From assembly GCA_965227515.1 (NCBI GenBank), contig CBDDFZ010000001.1, positions 2,144,001-2,208,000 on the forward strand: 64,000 nt of DNA, written 5' to 3'. Position numbers and translations under genes: made by a program. This DNA is from Alphaproteobacteria bacterium (lineage in GTDB: Bacteria > Pseudomonadota > Alphaproteobacteria > CALKHQ01). The notes under the pieces are model-generated. The model saw only the letters and a program-made list of their open reading frames with translations. It did no database searches and was not told the DNA's origin. Positions 47,881 to 57,899 of this stretch are shown piece after piece. Each line of letters opens with the position of its first letter. Positions within the stretch are counted from its first letter, which is position 1.

Positions 47881-48768
47881 GTGCGTGCCGATCGTTCTGT
47901 GTCAGGTAGCGACTTGTCGAACCACGCCGGGCTGCTGCAGTTGGGCGGCCACGTCGCTGTGCTTGCGGCAACGTCGGCGGAGATCGTGGTCGCGCCGCCG
48001 CAATGGTGGCTGGTCTGGTGGCTGGTGCTGCCGCTGCACGGCGCGGTGCTGGTGTTCCTGTTTGCGCCGCTGCACGAGAGCGTGCACCTGACCGCGTTCC
48101 GCAGCCGGCGTCTGAACTGGGTTGTCGCGACCGTATGCGGGTTCCTGCTGCTGTTGCCGCCGCGCTGGTTCCGCCGCTTCCATCTGGCGCACCACCGCTT
48201 CACCCAGGATCCGGCGCGCGATCCCGAATTGTCGACCGCCAAGCCCGATAGCTGGCCGCGATACCTTCTGCACGTCAGTGGGTTGCCCGTGTGGTGGGGC
48301 CTGATCCGCGCGCTGGCGGTGAATGCGGCTGTTGGGCCGCGCGACAGCTTCGTGCCCGACCGCGAGCGCGGTGCGGTCCGGGGGGAGGCGATGCTGTTTG
48401 TCGGCGGCTATGCGGCGGTGGCCGTGGCCTCGGTGCTGGCGGGGTCGATGCTCGCGGTCTGGCTGTGGGTGGTGCCGGCCGTGCTCGGCCAGCCGTGGCT
48501 GCGCCTGTTCCTGCTCGCCGAGCATGCCGGCTGCCCGCAAACGCCCGATATGCGCCAGAACACGCGGACCACGCTGACCAACGCGGCGGTGCGCGCGCTG
48601 ACCTGGAACATGTCGTTCCATACCGAGCACCATGCCCACCCGGGGGTGCCGTTCCACGGCCTGCCGGCGCTCCATCGGCGGATGGCTGGCGAATTGCGGC
48701 ATTGCGCGCCGGGCTACCGGGCGGTACACCGCAGCCTCGTCAAATCCTTCCGGGCCCACACCACCTGA
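47881..48768 (+). CDS. Fatty-acid desaturase-family di-iron membrane enzyme (MocD-like)
   Basis: His boxes HESVH, HLAHH, EH, HTEHH. Confidence 0.9.
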   Translation: MRADRSVSGSDLSNHAGLLQLGGHVAVLAATSAEIVVAPPQWWLVWWLVLPLHGAVLVFLFAPLHESVHLTAFRSRRLNWVVATVCGFLLLLPPRWFRRFHLAHHRFTQDPARDPELSTAKPDSWPRYLLHVSGLPVWWGLIRALAVNAAVGPRDSFVPDRERGAVRGEAMLFVGGYAAVAVASVLAGSMLAVWLWVVPAVLGQPWLRLFLLAEHAGCPQTPDMRQNTRTTLTNAAVRALTWNMSFHTEHHAHPGVPFHGLPALHRRMAGELRHCAPGYRAVHRSLVKSFRAHTT

Positions 48769-48770
48769 TC

Positions 48771-49511
48771 ATGTCGTCATCTGCCGTATCGTCCACGGAC
48801 CTGCCGCGCGGGTTCGAAGTGCCCGGCTGGCAGCCGGTCGAGCCGCCGCCGCGCGCGCCCATGGTCGGGCGAACCTGCACGCTGGAGCCGCTGGACGCCG
48901 CCCGCCACGGCCGCGCGCTGTTCGACGCGCTGGCGGAGGACCGGGAAGGCCGGTTGTGGACCTACCTGACCCACGGCCCGTACGAGACGTTCGAGGCTTA
49001 TCGGCCATGGCTGGCCCAGGCGGAATCCTCCACCGACCCGCTGTTCTTCGCCATTATCGACAATGCCAGCGGGGCCGCGGTGGGCGTCGCATCCTATCTG
49101 CGCATAACCCCGGCCCAGGGCGTCATTGAGGTCGGCCACATCTGCTACACCCCGCGCCTGGTCCGCACCACGGCCGCGACCGAAGCCATGATGCTGATGA
49201 TGCGCCAGGTGTTCGAGGGGCTGGGCTATCGCCGCTATGAGTGGAAGTGCGACGCGATGAACGCCAAGTCGCGCGCGGCGGCGGAGCGGCTTGGCTTCAC
49301 CTTCGAAGGCGTGTTCCGGCAGGCAATGGTGAACAAGGGCCGCAACCGCGACACGGCCTGGTACTCGATCACCGACCGGGAGTGGCCGGCCATCGATGCC
49401 GCGCACCGCGCCTGGCTGGACCCGGCGAACTTCGATGAGGCGGGCCGGCAGCGCCAATCTTTGCGCGACCTGGTTGCCGAGTCACGGCTGCGCCACGCCG
49501 CAGGCGGCTGA
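48771..49511 (+). CDS. GNAT N-acetyltransferase (RimJ/RimL-like)
   Basis: IEVGHI, GYRRYEWKCD..N..S..AAERLGF.FEG, RNRDTAWYS. Confidence 0.92.
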   Translation: MSSSAVSSTDLPRGFEVPGWQPVEPPPRAPMVGRTCTLEPLDAARHGRALFDALAEDREGRLWTYLTHGPYETFEAYRPWLAQAESSTDPLFFAIIDNASGAAVGVASYLRITPAQGVIEVGHICYTPRLVRTTAATEAMMLMMRQVFEGLGYRRYEWKCDAMNAKSRAAAERLGFTFEGVFRQAMVNKGRNRDTAWYSITDREWPAIDAAHRAWLDPANFDEAGRQRQSLRDLVAESRLRHAAGG

Positions 49512-49626
49512 TCGGGCCCGCCCGCTTGCCTGATTGGGCCAATAACCGTATCAAACGATCCGTCGAAGCGCGCTCAGCGCCAGAACCCTACATCAAGCCA
49601 AACACGATCCTCGGGAGGACAAGCCC

Positions 49627-50475
49627 ATGAAATTGCTGCGCTTCGGCGCGCCCGGCGCCGAGAAGCCGGGCATGGTGGACGCCAACGGCACGATCCGCGA
49701 CCTCAGCGGCAAGGTCGATGACATTGCCGGCGATACCTTGTTGCCGGACGGCCTCGACAAGCTGCGCGGCATCGACCCGTCGTCGCTGCCGGCGGTGGAT
49801 GCCGGCACCCGCCTCGGCCCGTGCGTCGGCTCTATCGGGCGGATCATCTGCATCGGCCTGAACTACGCCGACCACGCGGCGGAGTCGAACCTGCCGGTGC
49901 CGGAGAAGCCGATCATCTTCATGAAGGCATGCCCGCCGACCGGCCCCGACGACGACATCATCATCCCGAAGGACAGCGTGAAGACCGACTGGGAGGTCGA
50001 GCTTGGCGTCGTCATCGGTGCCACCGCGGCCCATGTCAGCGAGGCCGACGCCCTGAAGCACGTGGCCGGCTATTGCGTCTGCAACGACGTGTCAGAGCGT
50101 CAGTTCCAGCTCGACGAGGGCGGCCAGTGGACCAAGGGCAAGAGCTGCGACAGCTTCGCGCCGCTGGGCCCGTGGCTGGTAACCTCCGACGAGGTGGCGG
50201 ACCCGCAGGACCTGCATTTGTGGCTGGACGTCAACGGCGCGCGCAAGCAGGACGGCTCGACCAAGACCATGGTGTTCGGCGTTGCCGCGCTGGTCAGCCA
50301 CCTCAGCCGCTTCATGACGCTGCGCCCCGGCGACGTCATTTCCACCGGCACCCCGCCCGGCGTCGGCATGGGCCAGAAGCCGGAGCCTGTGTACCTGAAG
50401 CCCGGCGATGTCGTGAAGCTGGGCATCGACGGCATGGGCGCGCAAGAGCAGCGCTGCGTCGCCTATCCCGGCTAA
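49627..50475 (+). CDS. Fumarylacetoacetate hydrolase family protein
   Basis: CIGLNY, DWEVEL, NDVSER, GKSCD, TGTPPGVG. Confidence 0.94.
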   Translation: MKLLRFGAPGAEKPGMVDANGTIRDLSGKVDDIAGDTLLPDGLDKLRGIDPSSLPAVDAGTRLGPCVGSIGRIICIGLNYADHAAESNLPVPEKPIIFMKACPPTGPDDDIIIPKDSVKTDWEVELGVVIGATAAHVSEADALKHVAGYCVCNDVSERQFQLDEGGQWTKGKSCDSFAPLGPWLVTSDEVADPQDLHLWLDVNGARKQDGSTKTMVFGVAALVSHLSRFMTLRPGDVISTGTPPGVGMGQKPEPVYLKPGDVVKLGIDGMGAQEQRCVAYPG

Positions 50476-50642
50476 CCCGGACTGCGGATTGCCTGTGCCG
50501 AACCACTCGGCACAGGCACCAACCTTCTGCCTGGCGGACGGCAATTTTTTGCCGCCGGTACCATATCGTGCGGATTGACAGCGCGGGATGTTTCCAGGAA
50601 ATTTTGCACAACGATAAAAATTCTTCATCCAGGGAGGGGCGC

Positions 50643-51632
50643 TTGGCCCCGCGTCGCACCAAACCCAGTCGCACCGACGACGAGGCAAGCTTGTCCGCTC
50701 GCGCGGCCTGGCTCTATTTTTCCGGAGGCATGACCCAGGGCGAGATCGCCAAGCGGCTGGGCGTGCCGTCCACCAAGGCCCATCGCCTGGTCGCCCGCGC
50801 CACCCGCGAGGGGCTGGTGCGCGTGTTCGTCGATGCCAGCGTGTCGGACTGTGTCGCCCTGGAAGAGGCGATGACCGAACGCTACGGCCTGACATACTGC
50901 CGCGTCGCGCCGGATCTGGACGAGGGTCCGCTGCCGCTGAAGGCGTTGGGGCTGGCCGGCGCCCGCTTCCTGCGCAATGCGCTGGAATCGGGGGATCACG
51001 AGGTCATTGGCGTCGGCCACGGGCGCACCATCGGCGCCATGGTCGACCAGTTGCCCTCACTGCAGGTCAAGAATACCAGGATCGTTTCGCTGCTCGGCGG
51101 GTTGACCCGCCGCTATGCCGCCAACCCCTATGACGTAATCCACCGCATCGCCGAGCGGACGGGGGCGGAAGCCTACATGCTGCCGGTGCCGCTCTACGCC
51201 AACACGGTGGAGGACAAGGCGGTGCTGCTGGCCCAGGTCGGCGTGGCCGACGTCATCGAGATGTGGGACCGGGCGACCCTGATGCTGACCGGCGTCGGCG
51301 AGGTGGCGCCCGCCGCCCACCTGTTCGAGGAGGGGCTGGTCGATCCGGCCGACCAGCAGGCGCTGCAGGCCGCCAACGCGGTGGGCGAGGTGCTGGGCCA
51401 CTATTTCGACAGTGATGGCGCGCCGGTGCTCAACGCCATGGAGAGCCGGGTGATGTCGCCTGATATCGAGGCGATCAGGGGCCGCAACATGGTTGCCATT
51501 GCCGGCGGCGTGAACAAGGCCGCCGCCATCGGGGCTGCCCTGCGCAGCGGGCTGATCAAGGGACTGATCACCGACGAAAGCACCGCGCGCCGCCTCAACG
51601 AGATGGAATCGAACGGGGGCGGCGCGGCGTGA
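50643..51632 (+). CDS. eryD: SorC/DeoR-family sugar-binding regulator (EryD-like)
   Basis: RAAWLYF.GGMTQGEIA HTH, GVGHGRT, GLITDE; TTG start after AGGGAGG; coupled to the kinase gene. Confidence 0.8.
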   Translation: MAPRRTKPSRTDDEASLSARAAWLYFSGGMTQGEIAKRLGVPSTKAHRLVARATREGLVRVFVDASVSDCVALEEAMTERYGLTYCRVAPDLDEGPLPLKALGLAGARFLRNALESGDHEVIGVGHGRTIGAMVDQLPSLQVKNTRIVSLLGGLTRRYAANPYDVIHRIAERTGAEAYMLPVPLYANTVEDKAVLLAQVGVADVIEMWDRATLMLTGVGEVAPAAHLFEEGLVDPADQQALQAANAVGEVLGHYFDSDGAPVLNAMESRVMSPDIEAIRGRNMVAIAGGVNKAAAIGAALRSGLIKGLITDESTARRLNEMESNGGGAA

Positions 51633-53221
51633 CCGCAGCCTCTGGGGAAGCGACGAAGGGCAGCGGGCCGCTGATCGTCGGCGTCGATGCCGGCACGTCG
51701 GTCATCAAGGCGGTGGTGTTTGCCGCCGACGGCACCCAGCTTGCGGTGGCCGGGCGCCCGAACAGCTATGACGCGCTGGCCGGCGGCGGCGTGGAGCAGG
51801 ACATGGCCCGCACATGGGCCGACACCGCCGCCACGCTGTCTGACCTTACGGCCCAGGTGCCCGACCTGGCGTCGCGCATCGTGGCGCTGGCGGTAACCGC
51901 CCAAGGTGACGGCACATGGCTGATCGATGCCGACGGCGCGCCTGTTGGCGGTGGGCTGCTGTGGCTCGACGCGCGGGCGGCCGACATCACCGAGGCGATG
52001 ATCGCGCGGCCCGACTATCAGAGCCTCTATGCGATCAGCGCGACCGGTGCGACGGCCTGCCAGCAGTCCAGCCAGCTCGCCTGGATCAAGCGCCACCAGC
52101 CTGAGCGGCTGGCGCGCGCCGCCACCGCATTCCACTGCAAGGACTGGCTTTATTTTAAGCTGACCGGCGTGCGCGCGACCGATCCGTCGGAGGGCGTGTT
52201 CACCTTCGGCGACTTCCGCACCCGTCAGTACGCGCCGCAAATCCTCGACGCATACGACCTGGCGGACCGCGCCGACCTGTTGCCGCCGATGGTCGACGGC
52301 ACGACGACGGCAGGCGCGCTCACCGATGCCGCCGCGGCCGCGACGGGGTTGCCGGCCGGCCTGCCGGTGGTGCTGGGGCACCTGGACGTGGTGTGCACGG
52401 CCCTCGGCGGCGGGCTCTGCGATCCGGAAGGCCGGGTCGGCGCCTCGATCGTCGGGTCGACCGGCATGCATATGCGATTGGCCACCTCGCCCGACAAGGT
52501 GCGCCTGAACCCGGATTGTTCCGGCTTCACCATCCCGTTCCCGGTGCCTGGCATGTACGCGCAGAACCAGTCCAACATGGCGGCCACCATCAACATCGAC
52601 TGGCTGCTGGACCTGGCGCGCGGCGTGCTGGCCGATGCCGGGGTCGAGGCGTCGCGCCGCGACCTACTGGAGGGCGCCGATGCGCGGGTGATGGCGGCGG
52701 CGCCGGGGCGCATGCTCTATCACCCCTACATCTCCACCGCCGGGGAACGCGGGCCGATCCTGGAGCCGGCGGCCCGGGCGAGCTTCACCGGGCTGGAGCC
52801 CGAGCACGGCTATGCCGACATGCTGCGCGCGGTCTACGAGGGCCTGGCCTATGCGGCGCGCGACTGCTTCACGTCCATGGGCGATGTACCGCGCGAGATA
52901 CGCATGGCCGGCGGGGCCGCGCGCTCCGGGGCCATTCGCGCGATCCTGGCGGCGATGCTGAACGCGTCGGTGCGCCGTTGCGAGCAGGCCGAGGCGGGTG
53001 CTGCGGGGGCGGCGATGATGGCCGCGGTGCAGCAAGGTCTCTACCCGGACATGATGAGCTGCGCGGCCGATTGGGTCGACCGCCGGCTGACACCGGTCGA
53101 GGCGCCGGACGCGGCGCTGGCGGCGCTCTATGACAGCCGGTTCCCGGTCTACCGCCAGGCGCGCGAGGCACTGCGCCCGGTGTGGCGGGCCTGGCAGGAT
53201 GCGCTGCGTGGGGAGGGGTGA
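51629..53221 (+). CDS. eryA: FGGY carbohydrate kinase (erythritol kinase EryA-like)
   Basis: GVDAGTSVIK, QGDGTWLID, FHCKDWLY, GSTGMH, QSNMAAT, GGAARS. Confidence 0.8.
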   Translation: MTAASGEATKGSGPLIVGVDAGTSVIKAVVFAADGTQLAVAGRPNSYDALAGGGVEQDMARTWADTAATLSDLTAQVPDLASRIVALAVTAQGDGTWLIDADGAPVGGGLLWLDARAADITEAMIARPDYQSLYAISATGATACQQSSQLAWIKRHQPERLARAATAFHCKDWLYFKLTGVRATDPSEGVFTFGDFRTRQYAPQILDAYDLADRADLLPPMVDGTTTAGALTDAAAAATGLPAGLPVVLGHLDVVCTALGGGLCDPEGRVGASIVGSTGMHMRLATSPDKVRLNPDCSGFTIPFPVPGMYAQNQSNMAATINIDWLLDLARGVLADAGVEASRRDLLEGADARVMAAAPGRMLYHPYISTAGERGPILEPAARASFTGLEPEHGYADMLRAVYEGLAYAARDCFTSMGDVPREIRMAGGAARSGAIRAILAAMLNASVRRCEQAEAGAAGAAMMAAVQQGLYPDMMSCAADWVDRRLTPVEAPDAALAALYDSRFPVYRQAREALRPVWRAWQDALRGEG

Positions 53222-53282
53222 CATCCGATTTGGTGCCCTCAATCTTGCGGTAGCCGATTCACACCTCTCACCAACCCACCAT

Positions 53283-53460
53283 CGTCATCCTCGGGCACGT
53301 CCCGAGGATCCATTTATGTCCAGTGTTTCAACGTGTTATGCGCGAAATGCGACGTTGATGGCGGTCAGGCGACACAAACTGCATCGCAAGAGCTGGCTGA
53401 ATCAGGCTCGCCTTGAGCCCTGCATGCCCATGGGTCCTCGCCACAAGGGCGAGGACGACA
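53283..53460. repeat. CGTC-type REPIN, family D, copy 3 (hybrid left arm)
   Basis: CGTCATCCTCGGG..CCCGAGGATCCAT ... ATGGGTCCTCGCCACAAGGGCGAGGACGAC. Confidence 0.8.
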
Positions 53461-53506
53461 GTCATCTTTGTGGGAAGGCACAGTGCCTGGACTACATCGC
53501 AGACTG

Positions 53507-53968
53507 CTACGGCAGCTCCGTCACCACCAGCACGCGCAGGGGCGCGTCCATGTAGTCGCTGCGGTCGCGGTCCTCGACATGGCCGACCGCGTCGGCGATC
53601 TCGAACGGGCCGGGGTAGAGCATCGCCCCCAGAGCGGCGGCGACCTCGTCATTGCCCGGAAAGACCTCCTCGACCACGACCGTGGCGCCGGTCTCGGCGT
53701 CGAACACTTGGTAGTGCGGGCAGGGCGGGGCATCGCAGTCGATGCCAAGGTCGATGAACTGAACCTCCGTGGAGGTCCGCAGCACCGCTGGGATCTCGCC
53801 TTCCAGCAGGAAGAACAGCCCGCCGACATAGTCGCCCGAGACGAACGGGGACCGGTCGTCGGGCAGGGGTTCCTCGGCGGGTGCGGTCGCCACGGCAGAG
53901 GTCAGCGCGATGGCGGCGCCGGCGCACATCTCGGGCAGGTGCAGGCGGCGCAGTGCGGTCAGCTTCAT
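53507..53968 (-). CDS. Hypothetical acidic secreted protein with CDAPPCP motif
   Basis: AGGAG RBS, signal-like N-terminus, Cx4C motif. Confidence 0.65.
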   Translation of the reverse strand: MKLTALRRLHLPEMCAGAAIALTSAVATAPAEEPLPDDRSPFVSGDYVGGLFFLLEGEIPAVLRTSTEVQFIDLGIDCDAPPCPHYQVFDAETGATVVVEEVFPGNDEVAAALGAMLYPGPFEIADAVGHVEDRDRSDYMDAPLRVLVVTELP

Positions 53969-54070
53969 GGGGCAGTCTCCTGACAAAGGCCCCAGCCGCA
54001 ATGGGACGGCGGCTCATGTAGGGGTGCCACGTGGCGTCCGCGCGGCAAACGCGCGGCCGGAATCAGGCAA

Positions 54071-56416
54071 TCACCCGCTGGACATGAGCAGGGCGCTGAT
54101 CGGCACCTCGACCGCCGAGCAGGCGCCGTCGGGCTGGCCGTCCAGCATGCGGTTGCCGACGCCGTTGACGAAGCCGTCCTCCACCGTGATCAGCGCGCAT
54201 CCGTTGGCGTGCACCAGCACATTGTCGCGCAACAGCGCCTCGCACCCCATGGCGACCAGCACCGCCGGCGTCTCGGCCGCGCGGCCGTTCAGGAACAGGC
54301 GGTTGCCGGTCAGGGTTGCGGTCGACTGGTCGAGCACGGCGATGCCGTTGCCGACATTGCCCTGGATGTCGTTGTCGCTGGCGATCAGAGACGAGCCAAG
54401 CTGCGCCTGCACGCCGGCGTGCCCGTTGTCGCGGATGTCGTTGCCGCGCACGATGGCGAAGGCATCCTCCACCAGCACGCCGGTACCGGCCGATGCCGCG
54501 ATCAGATTGCCCTCGATCAGGGTGCCGAAACCGCCGTCGCGCCCGGAGATCCGGATCGCCGCGTCCTCCGGCCCGCCGATACCCGCCAGCCGGTTGCCGC
54601 GCACCACGACGGCGCTGTCGGCAATGGCGATGCCGATGTCGCGGTTGCCGTGCAGGTCGTTGCCCTCGATGCGCACGCCGACGGCGTCGTTGACCGCGAT
54701 GCCGATGGTGCCGCCGGAGACGGCAAGGCCGCGCACGACCACATCGGGCGCGCGCACATCGATCACCGGGCCGTGGCCGTTGGAGTGCACAACCACGCCG
54801 GCGGCGCCGTCCAGCGCCTCGATGGTGATCGGGCGGTCCAGGATCACCGGGCCGTCATAGGTGCCCGGCGCCAGCCGCAGGATCGCACCGGGCGGCGCCA
54901 ACAGGATGGCATCCGCCAGGCTCACCGTGTCGTCCGCCTGCAGCAGGATCACGGGCATGGCCGCTTCCAGGTCGGCCGCGACCGGGTTCGCGGTGTCGGA
55001 GACGTTGAGTCCGCTCGGCACCGTGTGCGGCTCCAGCGCCGCCAGTCCGGCGATCGAGTCGGCGGTCAGGCTTTCCAGGAACGCCACCAGTGCCGAGATC
55101 TCCGCGTCGGTCAGGGCCATGCCCTCCAGCTGCACGTCGCGCGCATCCAGCAGCCGCGCACGCAGTAGCAAGTCGGTCAGCACCATCTCGCGCAATTCGG
55201 GCTCCAGCGACTCAATGGAGTATTCGTCCCAGGTCGTATCGGGGTCGGCGTGTGCCCGGATCGCCTGCGCCAGGTCGACGAAGGCGCCGTTGTGCATCCA
55301 CGGGCCGGTCACCGCCACGTTGCGCAGCGGCGGGGTGCGGAAACGGAACACATCCAGCGGGTCGCCGGTTTCCAGCGCCAGGCCGAGATCGAGCGGCGCG
55401 CCGTCGCCCTTGCCGGGGCCGACCTGCGGGACGCCGATATTGTGGAACTCCTGGTCGGTCATCAGCACGCCGGAGTGGCAGGCGGCGCAGCCGGCCTCGC
55501 CATAGAACAGCAGCGCGCCTTCCTTGGCTTCCTCGCTCAGCGCGTCGTCGTCGCCGAACAGGTAGCGGTCCCACGGGCTATCAGTCAGCGTGAACGCCAG
55601 CGACTCGAATGCGCCGATGGCGTTGGCGGCATGCGCGAAGGTCAGCTCGCCCTGCGGCGTGTCGGGATAGGCGGCGGCGAACAGGCGCACATAGCTCTCG
55701 TGTGCGAGCACGCGGGCCATCAGCGCGTCCCACATGCCGCGCCAATCGTCCGGCGCGATCAGGGCGAGTTCGTTCACACTACCGAACACGTCGATCTCGC
55801 CGGGCCGGCCGCGCATCTCGTCCGGCGACGTCACCGGGAACATCGCCTGGGCGGCGAGCAGGCTGGCTATATCGGGCAGCAGGGCGTCGCCTGCCGGCGT
55901 GTCGAACGCGTCGTCGACGATGGCGACGCGCCCGTCCCAGAACATGGTGCGCCAGTCGGGGTGCGCGCGGTCGAATACATCGGGCGCGTTGCGCGGGATG
56001 ACCGCGCCGGCATAGCTCATCTGGCGGTCGGCGCCGAGACCGATGCCGCCGGAGCCGATGGACAGCGAGCGGCCATCGCCGCTGGCCAGCGTCGGGTGGT
56101 GGCAGGTGGCGCAGGCAATGTCGCGATTGCCGCTCAATTCCTTGTCGAAGAACAGCGCCCGGCCGAGCGCGACCAGGGCGGGGTCCTGGCGCGGCGCGGA
56201 TGGCATCGGCTCCAGGTCGAAGGTGGCTATCACGCTGCGCAGGTCGGCATCGTGGCCGGCGTTCTGGCCAAGGCCGCTGATGGCGCCACCCAGGACGGCG
56301 GCCAGCGCGAACACCGCGATGCCGCTGATCCGGCCGGCGGTCAGTCTTGCGGCCCTTCGGGGCGTCCGATCCGCCCGATCACTCCGCTTCAGCACTTGCC
56401 TTTCCCCCTTCCGCAC
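54071..56416 (-). CDS. Diheme cytochrome c peroxidase/MauG-family protein fused to a right-handed beta-helix domain
   Basis: LGRALFFD..LS, CATCH, FWDGR, CAACH, TPPLRNV.TGPWMHNG; C-terminal LAPGTY plus many I.GN.I..N PbH1-type repeats. Confidence 0.88.
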   Translation of the reverse strand: MRKGERQVLKRSDRADRTPRRAARLTAGRISGIAVFALAAVLGGAISGLGQNAGHDADLRSVIATFDLEPMPSAPRQDPALVALGRALFFDKELSGNRDIACATCHHPTLASGDGRSLSIGSGGIGLGADRQMSYAGAVIPRNAPDVFDRAHPDWRTMFWDGRVAIVDDAFDTPAGDALLPDIASLLAAQAMFPVTSPDEMRGRPGEIDVFGSVNELALIAPDDWRGMWDALMARVLAHESYVRLFAAAYPDTPQGELTFAHAANAIGAFESLAFTLTDSPWDRYLFGDDDALSEEAKEGALLFYGEAGCAACHSGVLMTDQEFHNIGVPQVGPGKGDGAPLDLGLALETGDPLDVFRFRTPPLRNVAVTGPWMHNGAFVDLAQAIRAHADPDTTWDEYSIESLEPELREMVLTDLLLRARLLDARDVQLEGMALTDAEISALVAFLESLTADSIAGLAALEPHTVPSGLNVSDTANPVAADLEAAMPVILLQADDTVSLADAILLAPPGAILRLAPGTYDGPVILDRPITIEALDGAAGVVVHSNGHGPVIDVRAPDVVVRGLAVSGGTIGIAVNDAVGVRIEGNDLHGNRDIGIAIADSAVVVRGNRLAGIGGPEDAAIRISGRDGGFGTLIEGNLIAASAGTGVLVEDAFAIVRGNDIRDNGHAGVQAQLGSSLIASDNDIQGNVGNGIAVLDQSTATLTGNRLFLNGRAAETPAVLVAMGCEALLRDNVLVHANGCALITVEDGFVNGVGNRMLDGQPDGACSAVEVPISALLMSSG

Positions 56417-57869
56417 GCCGCATGCGTCGGATCGTGCCCGTGGTGGAATGCCCGTCCGCCAGGTCCGCCAGCACCACGCGTCCGCCGCGGGCGGTCACGA
56501 TGTCGGCGCCGACCACGGTCTCGACCGTGTAGTCCGCACCCTTGACCAGAACGTCCGGCGCTACGGTCTCGATGAGGCTCAACGGCGTATCCTCCTCGAA
56601 TATCGCCACGGCATCGACATCTGCGATGGCGGCCAGGACCATGGCGCGTGCGCGCTCGTCCTGGATCGGCCGATCCTCTCCCTTAAGACGACGCACGGAT
56701 GCGTCGGAATTAAGGCCGACGACAAGCCGGTCGCACGCGGCGCGTGCCTGCGACAGCAGCGAGGCGTGACCGGGATGGATCAGATCAAAGCATCCATTGG
56801 TAAAACCGACGCTAAGGCCGGCCTCGCGCCAATCGGCGAGCAGGGCCGCGAGGCTGGCCGGGCCGACAATCTTGTGCGCGGCGGCGGAGCTGTCGCGGGC
56901 CCGCACCAGCTCCGCGAGTTCCTCGCGGTTGACGGTGGCGGTGCCCGATTTCTCGACCACCCGGCCGCTGGCCAGTGTCGCCACCGTGGCGGCTTCGTCC
57001 AGGGGCCGGCCGGCGCCGAGCATCAGTGCGAGCACTGCCAGTACCGTGTCGCCGGCGCCCGACACGTCGAACACCTGTCGGCCGCGGCCGGGGAAATGGG
57101 CGGAGGTGCCATCGCTGGCGACCAGCGTCATGCCGCGCTCGGCGCGCGTCGCGATAACCGCCTCGGCGCCGCTGGCCTGCAGCGCGGCGCCGGCCGCCGC
57201 CACGACTTCGTCGTCACTGCCGGCCGGCATGCCGGTGGCCGCGGCCAACTCGCTGGAATTGGGCTTGAGCACGGTGATGCCGCGATAGCGTGCCAGATCG
57301 GTGCTCTTCGGGTCGGTCAGCACCGGCACGCCAGCCTTCCTGCCGGCGTCGATCAGCGCGCGCAGCACCGCGTCGGGCAGCACGCCCTTGGCATAGTCGG
57401 ACAGCACCACCGCGTCCGCCCCATCCAGCGCGCGCTCGGCGCTGGCGATCAGCCGGGCCTGATCGCGCTCGCTGGCCGGGCCGGACACCTCGTCGTCGAC
57501 GCGCAGCAACTGCTGGCCGCCCGCCACGAACCGCGACTTCACCGTGGTCGGCCGGCCGTCGCTGGCAGTGATCAGGTGGGCATCGAAGCGCGCGTTGGCG
57601 TCCGACAATTCGCGCACGGTGCGGCCGGCCTCATCGTCGCCGACCAGGCCGATCAGGACCGCGGTGCCGTTCAGTGCCGCAACATTGCGCGCCAGATTGC
57701 CGGCGCCGCCGAGCATGGGGGCGCGGCGATTGACATGCAGAACAGGGATCGGCCCTTCCGGCGAGATCCGCCTGACCGTGCCGTAGACGAACCAGTCCAG
57801 CATCACGTCGCCGATCACCAGGATCCGCTGGTCGCTGAAATCCGGCAGTGTGAGCTGGGTGGATGCCAT
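56379..57869 (-). CDS. hldE: Bifunctional heptose-7-P kinase / heptose-1-P adenylyltransferase
   Basis: GDVMLD..RISPEGP, SDYAKG, DVSGAGD; FTNGCFDLIHPGH, VKGADY, STT. Confidence 0.96.
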   Translation of the reverse strand: MASTQLTLPDFSDQRILVIGDVMLDWFVYGTVRRISPEGPIPVLHVNRRAPMLGGAGNLARNVAALNGTAVLIGLVGDDEAGRTVRELSDANARFDAHLITASDGRPTTVKSRFVAGGQQLLRVDDEVSGPASERDQARLIASAERALDGADAVVLSDYAKGVLPDAVLRALIDAGRKAGVPVLTDPKSTDLARYRGITVLKPNSSELAAATGMPAGSDDEVVAAAGAALQASGAEAVIATRAERGMTLVASDGTSAHFPGRGRQVFDVSGAGDTVLAVLALMLGAGRPLDEAATVATLASGRVVEKSGTATVNREELAELVRARDSSAAAHKIVGPASLAALLADWREAGLSVGFTNGCFDLIHPGHASLLSQARAACDRLVVGLNSDASVRRLKGEDRPIQDERARAMVLAAIADVDAVAIFEEDTPLSLIETVAPDVLVKGADYTVETVVGADIVTARGGRVVLADLADGHSTTGTIRRMRRAEGGKASAEAE

Positions 57870-57899
57870 GGACGTCGCCCGTTGCGTCAGTCGGTTGCG

